IMG/VR virus record: IMGVR_UViG_3300032288_005579
Source: a virus
DNA: 64,000 bases
Reading direction: 5' to 3' (one strand)
In this document: one piece after another, positions 56,193 through 64,000 of the stretch
How positions within the stretch are numbered: the first letter of the stretch is position 1
How the letters are laid out: each line of letters begins with the position of its first letter
Notes under the pieces: generated by a model
Databases searched by the model: none
What the model was told of the DNA's origin: nothing
What the model saw: the letters and a program-made list of their open reading frames with translations, nothing else
Position numbers and translations under genes: made by a program

Positions 56193-57476
56193 ATGATAGA
56201 TCCACAAAACATAAACAATCTTGTAGGCAATCACGTCGCTCCCTACATATACAACAGCAAGAGCTTCGTTCCAGGGAAAACTACCGTATATTATTCCGGC
56301 CCTTATTGGGACAACAGAGAGGTTTCTGCCGCGATAGACACTTTTTTAAACGGAAAATGGATAACTGCAGGAAGTTCTGTTCACAAATTCGAACACAGTT
56401 TTGGAAAACGATTCAATTCTAAATACAATCTAATGGTAAACTCAGGTTCCTCAGCGAACCTGGTTTTAATAGCAGCGTTAAAAAAGAGATTCGGTTGGGA
56501 AGACGATGATGAGATCATCGTATCGCCCGTTGGATTCGCTACAACTATATCTGTCATATATCAAAACAGACTAAAACCGATGTTCGTCGACATAGAGTGG
56601 GACACTCTTAACTTTGATCTTGATGCAGTAGAGAAGAAGATAACGAAGAGAACAAAAGCCATATTCATTTCTCCAGTTTTGGGAAACCCTCCAGATTTTG
56701 ATAGACTCTTACAGATGGCAGAGAAATACGGGATACTGTTGGTCGGGGACAATTGTGATAGTTTGGGTTCTAAGTGGAGAGGCAAATACCTCAACGAATA
56801 CTACGTAGCATTTTCCAACTCATTTTATCCGGCCCATCACATATCTACTGGAGAGGGTGGCATGGTTTGTACCAACGACGAACAACTTCATAAGACGATG
56901 ATGAGCATCGCATGGTGGGGAAGGGATTGCTACTGCGTTGGATCTGCCAATCTATTGGCTTGCGGAACTTGCGGTAAAAGGTTCGATAAGTGGTTGGATA
57001 CCTACGAAGGCGTGATAGATCATAAGTATGTGTTCTCAAACATGGGATACAACTTGAAACCTCTAGATTTGCAGGGCGCCATAGGTTCTGTGCAGTTAGA
57101 AAAGTTGGACGAGATAGAACATAACAGAAAGAATTCAAAAAACACCATAGAGAGGATATTCACAGAGAACATAGAAGGCATATCCACGCCCAAAACCCTT
57201 GAGCACGCCGATCCTTGCTGGTTCGGAACTCCGTTCATTTGCGAAAAGCCCGGTCTTAAGCATCGGTTGGTGGAATACTTAGAAGAAAATAAAATACAGA
57301 CAAGGAACTACTTCGCTGGAAACATACTGCTCCACCCTGGATACAGCTTCCTCGACAACAGTTCAGAATATCCAGAGGCCAACAAAGTGTTGGATAAGGT
57401 GTTTTTCATCGGCGCTGCGCCGCACTATAACGAGAACGTATTCTCATACATCGAAGAGGTAATAAAGAAATTTTAG
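56193..57476 (+). CDS. rfbH: Second E1-type 3-dehydrase
   Basis: VNSGSSANL, SFYPAHHISTGEGG, WGRDCYC...C..C. Confidence 0.88.
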   Translation: MIDPQNINNLVGNHVAPYIYNSKSFVPGKTTVYYSGPYWDNREVSAAIDTFLNGKWITAGSSVHKFEHSFGKRFNSKYNLMVNSGSSANLVLIAALKKRFGWEDDDEIIVSPVGFATTISVIYQNRLKPMFVDIEWDTLNFDLDAVEKKITKRTKAIFISPVLGNPPDFDRLLQMAEKYGILLVGDNCDSLGSKWRGKYLNEYYVAFSNSFYPAHHISTGEGGMVCTNDEQLHKTMMSIAWWGRDCYCVGSANLLACGTCGKRFDKWLDTYEGVIDHKYVFSNMGYNLKPLDLQGAIGSVQLEKLDEIEHNRKNSKNTIERIFTENIEGISTPKTLEHADPCWFGTPFICEKPGLKHRLVEYLEENKIQTRNYFAGNILLHPGYSFLDNSSEYPEANKVLDKVFFIGAAPHYNENVFSYIEEVIKKF

Positions 57477-57477
57477 A

Positions 57478-58176
57478 TTGGATCCTATCATCATCTTAGG
57501 GGACGGCATGTTGGGAACTTGCCTACACGAGAGGAGCGGTTGGGAGTTGCTATCCAGAAAGCGCGATGGTTTCGATTTACAAAATATAGAAGCGCACGCG
57601 AACCGATTCGAGGGTAAAATCGCAGTGGTGAATTGCATAGCTCACACTAAAACTTACTCCAACGACGACAACCACATGAAGGTGAATTACGAGTTTGTGA
57701 TAAAATTGGTGGATCTGTGTCTAAGTAAGAACATCAAACTGGTACACATCAGCACGGGTTACGTATACACAAACAATCGAAACAATCCAACAGAAGAAGA
57801 CACACCAATTCCTCAAGACACTGAATATGCAAGAACTAAACTCATGACCGACGAATATGTAAGAAGGAATATGGAGAATTATGTTATAATAAGATCAGTG
57901 CATAAGATGAAACCTTTTCCCTACGATAACGCTTTTGTGGATCACACGGGTAATTTCTGCTACGTTGACGAAGTGGCTGATTTTATTATAGAGTGTGTTG
58001 AAAGGGATTTTAAAGGGGTATATAATGTGGGTAAGAACACAATGTCCATGTATGAATTTGCAAAGACAACGAAACCGGACGTGAAACCATCAATTAGACC
58101 ACCAGAAATGCCTGAGACGGTTACGTTCGATTGTTCAAAGTATACTAACAAAACAAATGCGATATGGAAAGGATAA
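57478..58176 (+). CDS. dTDP-4-dehydrorhamnose reductase-like SDR
   Basis: LGDGMLG, NCIAHT, HISTGYVY, YARTK; TTG start. Confidence 0.75.
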   Translation: MDPIIILGDGMLGTCLHERSGWELLSRKRDGFDLQNIEAHANRFEGKIAVVNCIAHTKTYSNDDNHMKVNYEFVIKLVDLCLSKNIKLVHISTGYVYTNNRNNPTEEDTPIPQDTEYARTKLMTDEYVRRNMENYVIIRSVHKMKPFPYDNAFVDHTGNFCYVDEVADFIIECVERDFKGVYNVGKNTMSMYEFAKTTKPDVKPSIRPPEMPETVTFDCSKYTNKTNAIWKG

Positions 58177-59138
58177 CAATATATCACAACAGCGACGGAT
58201 CAAGAGATTTCCACTTCCTGTTGAATCAGATAGCTACGCACATGGAAAAAAATATGGGTGCCACTTGGTTGAGGACTTACGATACAGACATAGAGTGGTT
58301 GTCTCACAACGCTGGAGATAGAATGGCTTTTTTACGGGTGTTGGACTGCGAAATACTTATACACTACCACGACAGGGACTCTTACGTGGGAATGACATTT
58401 GGTGATTACCACACAGAAATGACTTCGTTCTTTATAATGAGGAACAGTTCTAAAGATCTATTACTTTGCTCGCAGTATTCGAACACGGCTCTTGCGCAAG
58501 AGGACGTAAAGAATTACGTAAAGTTTCGTTGGTTCCCGTCTCTGTATGTGAAATCAAACTACAAAGTGCCGAAAGGATCAGAATTGGTGGATCACGACGA
58601 GTACTATAAGAAGCGGCAGTCGACACAGGAATACATAGATAAGTTCATATTCCGAGGTAACGTGCACTCAATGGGAAGGGGATCTGCAATTGCCCTTGAA
58701 GGGAACCGATGGTTCGAGGGTCCTCATTCGATGGGAGCGTACCACTTCGAAGAACTCACCAAATACAAAGTCGGTCTCTGCATACCCGGTATGGGAGAGC
58801 TGTGTTACAGGGATATAGAATACATGGCCATAGGAATACCGATGATGAAGTTTGAGTACGTTACACAACTGAACCCACCCCTTGTACCCAATCACCACTA
58901 CATCAGCATAGATCGCATAGATACTGAACAGGATTGGCAAGTATCCGGTGGAATAATAGCGGCGGAAAGAAACGGGGGAGAGCGCCAAGTTTCTGCCTAT
59001 TTGAAAAGGTTTCTCGAAGTAAAGGACGATAAAGAATTCCTGGACAAGATTTCTAACAACGCGAGGGAATACTACGAAACTTACCTGCACCCCGATACCA
59101 GGCTTCAACACGCTCTTCGGTTGATGGAGATAATCTGA
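58164..59138 (+). CDS. Putative glycosyltransferase (GT-B / GT90-like C terminus)
   Basis: FIFRG, LCIPGMGELCYRDIEYMAIG, PNHHYISI, ISNNAREYY. Confidence 0.5.
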   Translation: MERITIYHNSDGSRDFHFLLNQIATHMEKNMGATWLRTYDTDIEWLSHNAGDRMAFLRVLDCEILIHYHDRDSYVGMTFGDYHTEMTSFFIMRNSSKDLLLCSQYSNTALAQEDVKNYVKFRWFPSLYVKSNYKVPKGSELVDHDEYYKKRQSTQEYIDKFIFRGNVHSMGRGSAIALEGNRWFEGPHSMGAYHFEELTKYKVGLCIPGMGELCYRDIEYMAIGIPMMKFEYVTQLNPPLVPNHHYISIDRIDTEQDWQVSGGIIAAERNGGERQVSAYLKRFLEVKDDKEFLDKISNNAREYYETYLHPDTRLQHALRLMEII

Positions 59139-59156
59139 TTATCCAAACCGAGGACG

Positions 59157-59164
59157 TATTTATA
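59157..59164 (+). promoter_or_regulatory. TATTTATA motif heading the MIKL-leader array
   Basis: Exact octamer 23 nt before GTG 59188. Confidence 0.55.
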
Positions 59165-59187
59165 AGAGTATTCAATAGAGAAAGATA

Positions 59188-59748
59188 GTGATAAGACTAA
59201 TAGATTTACTAAAGGAGATGTCTCTGCACAGGTCAAACGCCTGGGAAGAATACGATCTGAAATCCATAGATCCCCAAACCCTTGAAAACATGTTCGCCTA
59301 CTACAAATCCTCTTACGAGGCTGAGGGATTGGACCTGTCTGTCAATTCGCCGCAAGAACTGCAAGCGGATTACAAGGCTGTGGCTATGATAGACGTGGAC
59401 AGGGATAAACAACCCGATTCGTTCATAATATACAAACCCACCCCGTACGGAAACAAGATATCGTTACTGTTCACCAACAGGGCTCCCGGTGCGGCGAAGG
59501 CCGTCATACTCAAGATGATAGAACTCGTGAACACATCAGGTTGGTTCTTAGAAGCCTCTAAGAAAACAGAGGACATACTTTCTAAATCGGGCGCACCAGT
59601 TATAGACGACGAAGACACTATCAAAGGAATCATAGGACCAAAGAAAGCAGCAACAGTCAGATTCAAGAAAGACGGATACTACGAGAGGGAGCTTGGCGCT
59701 GTGCCTGGTAAGTTCATAACAAAGAGACTGTACGGAATATCTAAGTAA
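59188..59748 (+). CDS. MIKL-leader protein (possible GNAT-like fold)
   Basis: Starts MIRLIDLLKE (GTG start). Confidence 0.7.
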   Translation: MIRLIDLLKEMSLHRSNAWEEYDLKSIDPQTLENMFAYYKSSYEAEGLDLSVNSPQELQADYKAVAMIDVDRDKQPDSFIIYKPTPYGNKISLLFTNRAPGAAKAVILKMIELVNTSGWFLEASKKTEDILSKSGAPVIDDEDTIKGIIGPKKAATVRFKKDGYYERELGAVPGKFITKRLYGISK

Positions 59749-59762
59749 AACCAAATCGAACC

Positions 59763-60062
59763 ATGATAAAATTAATCGATCTATTGAAGGAGCAAGAGCC
59801 CAACGACCAAATGTGGAACAGAAACTTTCCCGACGATAAGGGCGAAGAGAGACGGCAACTCGTCAAGACTCTGCAACCCCTGATAGGTCAATACGGGATC
59901 AAGCCAAACGAGGTACGTACGCTATCGTTCGTTGGCAACAAAGCCAAAGTAATGAAAGTAAAGAAGGCACTCATGGCCATGGGAGTGTACGATAAGTTCA
60001 GCGTACCGATGGCCGTTGAACCCGGAACTTGGATAACCGAGTACGAACCGCAATCCTATTGA
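59763..60062 (+). CDS. MIKL-leader protein
   Basis: Starts MIKLIDLLKE. Confidence 0.7.
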   Translation: MIKLIDLLKEQEPNDQMWNRNFPDDKGEERRQLVKTLQPLIGQYGIKPNEVRTLSFVGNKAKVMKVKKALMAMGVYDKFSVPMAVEPGTWITEYEPQSY

Positions 60063-60066
60063 TCGA

Positions 60067-60711
60067 GTGATCAAGCTGGAGAACATACTGAGAAGGAAAC
60101 TTGTGAAAGAGAGCCGCATAGTAGAAGCGGACTCGTTCAAAGGCAAGGACATAATCAGTGTGGACATACAGCAGGAATACCAAAGCTATTTCACTTTCAA
60201 GCCCTCGGATTGGGGCAGGTTCCTCACCAAAAACTGGGAGGGCAACAACATCGTGTTCCTCTACAACGGCGAATCTATGGGCATGACAGACGAGGGAGGA
60301 TACAAAGACTGGTTGCTCAACTACATAGACTACGAACTGCTTGACGACGCAACCTATTACGACAAGGGTTATGCGTACTTCAGGTTCTGCATGGACGAGG
60401 GCATAGACGACGAGTTGACCGTAAAGTTCGTGAGGTTCATGCTGGCCAACGGCATCAACGATTCCAGGGATTTGGACAAAGAGGCGTGGAACAGGTTCGT
60501 GAAAGAGACAGGAGCAAACGCACAGGACATAAGGGACCTTTTAGAGACAGCCGACGACATGATCAATATACCCGATCTGATGGAGGAACTGAAGCGTTAC
60601 TCAAACCCTCTACTCATGGGCGGAGGCATAAACGAGTGCCTAAAAGAGGTGGAATTGGCGATGATGGCGCTGAACAAGCCCTACACGATATATAAGAGAT
60701 TCACTTACTGA
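60067..60711 (+). CDS. MIKL-leader protein, cysteine-hydrolase (isochorismatase)-like
   Basis: Starts MIKLENILRR (GTG start); IISVDIQ and LMGGGINECL. Confidence 0.6.
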   Translation: MIKLENILRRKLVKESRIVEADSFKGKDIISVDIQQEYQSYFTFKPSDWGRFLTKNWEGNNIVFLYNGESMGMTDEGGYKDWLLNYIDYELLDDATYYDKGYAYFRFCMDEGIDDELTVKFVRFMLANGINDSRDLDKEAWNRFVKETGANAQDIRDLLETADDMINIPDLMEELKRYSNPLLMGGGINECLKEVELAMMALNKPYTIYKRFTY

Positions 60712-60712
60712 T

Positions 60713-61315
60713 ATGATAAAGCTAGAGAACATCGCAAAATCGATCAAGGAGGACAAAGAAGACATATCCTTCGAGATAGACACACAGAAAGTACCTGTAA
60801 AACCTGGAGTGCTTTCGCACGAGATCATAACCATAGGAACTTTCGAGATACCCGAAGTGGGAACGGTACAGTTCCAACCGTACCGCCTGATATTCGGAGC
60901 GAACAGCTTGGCGATATTCGACGCGTTCAAAACGAACGAGGTGGCGGGTCTAACAAGACAGGAGTGCGAAGAGCACATAAAGAACCTACCGAACGGGGAC
61001 GAGACCAACAACGCTTACATAGCGGGACTCAGCAACTGGGCCGGTGATCAGGCGTTCCAGTTCTTCAACGTGGCAAGGATCAAGAAACCGGGAATGGCCA
61101 ACAGAGTGCTGTCCCACGAGTCGCTCCACGTAGCACGGATGCTTATCAGCCTGTTCAAGAACGATTTCCTCAGACAGAACCAAGGCAAACCCGATTGGTG
61201 GAAGGACGAGAGAGCGGCATTCACAAACATGCAGGACGAGAACGAAGAGTTCTTCGCAGAGACGCTAGAGCGAGTTACAGGAGTGGCGTACAGCCGCTGG
61301 CAGAAGGTATCATGA
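60713..61315 (+). CDS. MIKL-leader protein with HExxH motif
   Basis: Starts MIKLENIAKSIKE; LSHESLH and a downstream EEFFAE. Confidence 0.6.
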   Translation: MIKLENIAKSIKEDKEDISFEIDTQKVPVKPGVLSHEIITIGTFEIPEVGTVQFQPYRLIFGANSLAIFDAFKTNEVAGLTRQECEEHIKNLPNGDETNNAYIAGLSNWAGDQAFQFFNVARIKKPGMANRVLSHESLHVARMLISLFKNDFLRQNQGKPDWWKDERAAFTNMQDENEEFFAETLERVTGVAYSRWQKVS

Positions 61316-61797
61316 TAAAACTGGTAGACTTACTCAACGAGCTCAACGTTCCCAAATCGGAGGACGCGTATCCACTGACTCCGCTGCCGGGATCTACAGA
61401 TTATCCGTCTCTGTTGATCAACAAGTACAGGTTCACCAATAGGAAGGGCGACGATATGACAGTGGCCGTCAACTTCGATACAAGAGACGAGGAATTGTAT
61501 GTCGTGTTTTATAAGACAAGCGAGGAGGAGAGCGATGACGATGATAAGTATGCTGGAGAAACGGGCTCAGGAGATATGTTGAAAGTATTGGCCACCGTAG
61601 TCGAAGCCGTGAAGAGAACAGTAGAAAAACTTGGAGGAATGGATAAGGTGCGCAAGATCCACATAGAACCCGCGGACGAGAGAAGGTTCAACATATACAT
61701 GCACTACGCTCAGACCCTGTTCCCCGACTTCGTGGTTAAAAGGGTTGGAAAGTGGATGAGTATGCTCAACAGAAACTACAAACCCATAGAAGCATGA
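61312..61797 (+). CDS. MIKL-leader protein
   Basis: Starts MIKLVDLLNE at 61312 (ATGA overlap). Confidence 0.7.
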   Translation: MIKLVDLLNELNVPKSEDAYPLTPLPGSTDYPSLLINKYRFTNRKGDDMTVAVNFDTRDEELYVVFYKTSEEESDDDDKYAGETGSGDMLKVLATVVEAVKRTVEKLGGMDKVRKIHIEPADERRFNIYMHYAQTLFPDFVVKRVGKWMSMLNRNYKPIEA

Positions 61798-62000
61798 TCA
61801 AACTTACAACCATACTCAAAGAGGTGTCCGAGCAGCAGAGCAGGGACATGGTAACGGGAATAGCCGACATACTGCGCGACGTGAAGGACAAAGAGAACAG
61901 GAAGGCGATCGCTAAAAGGATGGTCAAGAAGTTCGATAGGGAAGGAGTCAAGTACGACGAGCAGGAGTTCATGAAGATGTGCGATATCCCGAAGGAATAG
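61794..62000 (+). CDS. MIKL-leader protein
   Basis: Starts MIKLTTILKE at 61794 (ATGA overlap). Confidence 0.7.
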   Translation: MIKLTTILKEVSEQQSRDMVTGIADILRDVKDKENRKAIAKRMVKKFDREGVKYDEQEFMKMCDIPKE

Positions 62001-62033
62001 ATATTTATTAATACAGATTTAAAAATCAGAACG

Positions 62034-62942
62034 ATGAAGAAGGAATTCAACTACAATAGGTACCTCAAGAACAACAGACTGCTGAAGGAGAACGCAGACA
62101 TGGAAGAGGGTAACTACGGCAGCTACGGCGGTGCTTACGCAAGCAGGTACGACGGCGACATAGACAGTTCTCCACGACCCAAGTCGAACATGACTGCCAA
62201 AAAATTGAACAAGCTAAACTTGGTCAAGACGCTCTTAGCAGCCACAAAGACCAAATCAGAGTACGGTTATCCTATTCTCAACAAGGGTTGGGCTTCCGGA
62301 TTCATGAAGTATATACAGATCGTAGAAGATATAGTAAAAGCGGGAGAAGACAAATTCAATCCTGAAAAGGTGATGAGACTTTCCGATAGGGTTGAAAACC
62401 TGCCCGGTGGTTGGGAATCCGCTAGGTCTGCAGGAAAGGAATGGACCAAAATGGAGATCGCAACGTCTGCACTGGCCGGAGCCCTGTACGAAGGAGAGTG
62501 GATAGAACTGATCAAGTATTGGAACAACCTGTGTACAAGCGTTGATGCCTTTAAAGCGCCTGCTCCCAAGGGCATGAAAGAGGGATGGAGAGAGGACGCA
62601 GGCATATACCCTACCAAGAGTTGGAAGGACATAGACGCGGACATGGACGCAGAGCGAGAGGAACTCAGGAATTCAGACGTAGTAAAGAACGCGGCCGCAA
62701 AAATAGGGAGCTTGGTATCCAACGAAGAGGGATTCTCCGCAGAAGACCTTACGTCCGTGCTCAGCACAGCGAACCTGACCCCACTGGAGTTCGAACAAGC
62801 CGCCCAAATAGGAGGATTGGAACTCGATACGATACAGTACATGGACGACGAGTTCGCGGACTACGAGGTATTGAACCAGAACTACATCGATCAAGGTGCA
62901 GCGATAGCCTTCGAAGGTGGTAAATTCCACAGCATAGGTTAA
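62034..62942 (+). CDS. Hypothetical protein with related leader (MKKEFNY...LLKE)
   Basis: TATTTATT variant at 62002; internal MKEG repeat of the [LM]KE motif. Confidence 0.7.
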   Translation: MKKEFNYNRYLKNNRLLKENADMEEGNYGSYGGAYASRYDGDIDSSPRPKSNMTAKKLNKLNLVKTLLAATKTKSEYGYPILNKGWASGFMKYIQIVEDIVKAGEDKFNPEKVMRLSDRVENLPGGWESARSAGKEWTKMEIATSALAGALYEGEWIELIKYWNNLCTSVDAFKAPAPKGMKEGWREDAGIYPTKSWKDIDADMDAEREELRNSDVVKNAAAKIGSLVSNEEGFSAEDLTSVLSTANLTPLEFEQAAQIGGLELDTIQYMDDEFADYEVLNQNYIDQGAAIAFEGGKFHSIG

Positions 62943-62962
62943 TCACAACCCACCAAAAAGAT

Positions 62963-62994
62963 AAAGAGGGATCCCGCAAAGGTCCCTTTTTTTA
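62963..62994 (+). terminator. Intrinsic terminator
   Basis: AAAGAGGGATCC-cgcaaa-GGTCCCTTTTTTT. Confidence 0.75.
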
Positions 62995-63034
62995 TTACCA
63001 AATTGTTAACGCACGACCGCCCATAATTCCCCCA

Positions 63035-63042
63035 TATTTATA
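63035..63042 (+). promoter_or_regulatory. TATTTATA motif
   Basis: Exact octamer 5 nt before ATG 63048. Confidence 0.5.
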
Positions 63043-63047
63043 GGAGA

Positions 63048-63716
63048 ATGAGAATAGAAGCGTTGTTCCTGTCCGACATCCACTTGGGATCTAAGGGTTG
63101 TAAGGCCGAGGAAGTCCTATCGATACTGAAGAAGTACGACCCCGAGTACCTGTTCCTGGTCGGAGACATAGTGGACGGATGGTTACTAAAGAAGCGGTTC
63201 TACTGGCCGCAGTCCCACACGAACGTACTGAGGAAGATACTGTCCCACTCGAAACACGAAACGAAAGTCATCTACATTCCGGGCAATCACGACGAGTTCA
63301 TGAGGGACTACTGCGACACCCACTTCGGCAACATTGAGGTGCACAGGGAGTACGTGTGGAAAGGTACATTGATAACCCACGGCGACCTGTACGACGGAGT
63401 GGTAGGGATGAAGTGGATAGGGATAATAGGAAGTTTGGGTTACGACGCGGCGATCGCCTTCGACAACACCTTCAAGACGAAGGTGTCCAAGTTCCTGAAG
63501 AGGTCTGTGAAGGAGGCAGTGAAGTTCGTAACAGGGTTCGAGGAGGAGTTGGCAAGGCAGGCGAAGAAGAGGGGCTGCCACACCGTCATATGCGGGCACA
63601 TACACCAGCCCGAGGACAGGGACATCAACGGCACCAGGTACATAAACACAGGGGATTGGATAGAGAACAAATCTTACGTAACATATGACAAAGGAAAGTA
63701 CAAAGTCCACAGGTGA
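63048..63716 (+). CDS. UDP-2,3-diacylglucosamine hydrolase-like metallophosphoesterase (LpxH2-like)
   Basis: SDIHLG, GDIVDGW, PGNHDE, HGD, CGHIH, NTGDWIE. Confidence 0.85.
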   Translation: MRIEALFLSDIHLGSKGCKAEEVLSILKKYDPEYLFLVGDIVDGWLLKKRFYWPQSHTNVLRKILSHSKHETKVIYIPGNHDEFMRDYCDTHFGNIEVHREYVWKGTLITHGDLYDGVVGMKWIGIIGSLGYDAAIAFDNTFKTKVSKFLKRSVKEAVKFVTGFEEELARQAKKRGCHTVICGHIHQPEDRDINGTRYINTGDWIENKSYVTYDKGKYKVHR

Positions 63717-64000
63717 ACTGCTCACAGTAGTAATACCGTCAAAGAACGAGGGAGATACATTATACGAGTGCCTGTACCACCTACAGAACCAGACGGACAT
63801 AGAGGGGACCAAGGTAGTAGTAGCAGACTCATCCACCGAAAACGAATCCAAACAGTGGATAGAGCGGGCGAGGAAGGAGTTCAAAGGGAGGATACGAATA
63901 GAAACAACAGAAGGAGGGTACCCAGCCCAAGCAAGACTCACAGGGAGCCTACGAGTAAGGACAGAACACGTACTGTTCATGGACGCGGATACAATGCTAC
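63685..64000 (+). CDS. Glycosyltransferase family 2 (runs off the window)
   Basis: Read by hand: MTKESTKSTGELLTVVIPSKNEG...VVVADSS...VLFMDADT. Confidence 0.85.
   Translation, partial: MTKESTKSTGELLTVVIPSKNEGDTLYECLYHLQNQTDIEGTKVVVADSSTENESKQWIERARKEFKGRIRIETTEGGYPAQARLTGSLRVRTEHVLFMDADTML

Noticed and set aside
12048-63980. Long antisense or out-of-frame ORFs (e.g. 12048-12632, 55272-55727, 62267-62842, 63186-63980)
   Set aside because: They shadow well-supported + strand genes; low T on the plus strand and codon bias explain the lack of stops.
1-64000. Window as a bacterial chromosome segment (groEL, ssrA, LPS-like genes)
   Set aside because: Cellular-type genes are interleaved with dozens of tiny phage-type ORFs, a PolA lacking the 5' nuclease, a lysis-like cassette and near-uniform strand use; there is no housekeeping operon context.
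1-64000. Alternative genetic code or stop-codon recoding
   Set aside because: Known proteins are full length under code 11 and TAA, TAG and TGA all end genes; no suppressor tRNA is seen.

Overview
This 64 kb window is best read as part of the genome of a large dsDNA tailed bacteriophage with a probable Bacteroidota host. The host inference rests on a DUF4494-like gene, A-rich leaders without Shine-Dalgarno sites, TAnnTT(T/A)(A/G) promoter-like boxes and a Bacteroidota-style lipoprotein. No capsid or tail genes are recognisable here. Almost all genes lie on the + strand. Left to right: (1) nrdA and a family A DNA polymerase; (2) hsp20-groES-groEL, with hsp20 enclosed by a 27-bp long-range inverted repeat; (3) a roughly 650 nt RNA cluster with three tRNA-like molecules lacking a normal anticodon arm, one tRNA-Met(CAT) and structured spacers; (4) a nucleotide metabolism / probable DNA base modification block (5hmU-DNA-kinase-like protein, PLP fold II enzyme, dUTPase, dCMP deaminase, and a thymidylate-synthase homologue carrying the dCMP-type Asp); (5) a 22 kb glycan cluster (GT2/GT4/GT10/GT11, gmd/fcl, rfbH, rfbE-like, FkbM, and a YerE-like TPP enzyme with the mhpF/mhpE pair, suggesting an acyl-branched sugar); (6) a minus-strand lysis-like cassette; (7) a block of small early-type genes behind two copies of an ungapped 87-nt regulatory module, containing a tmRNA with a 25-aa tag, thioredoxin, a RadA-like ATPase and tRNA-Ile2; (8) a late-type region with a second sugar block and at least seven unrelated proteins sharing an MI(K/R)L N-terminal leader (MIKLxxLLxE type) that resembles the T4 capsid-targeting sequence. 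A TATTTATA motif precedes many gene blocks. All functional calls come from motif recognition by eye, with no database search.
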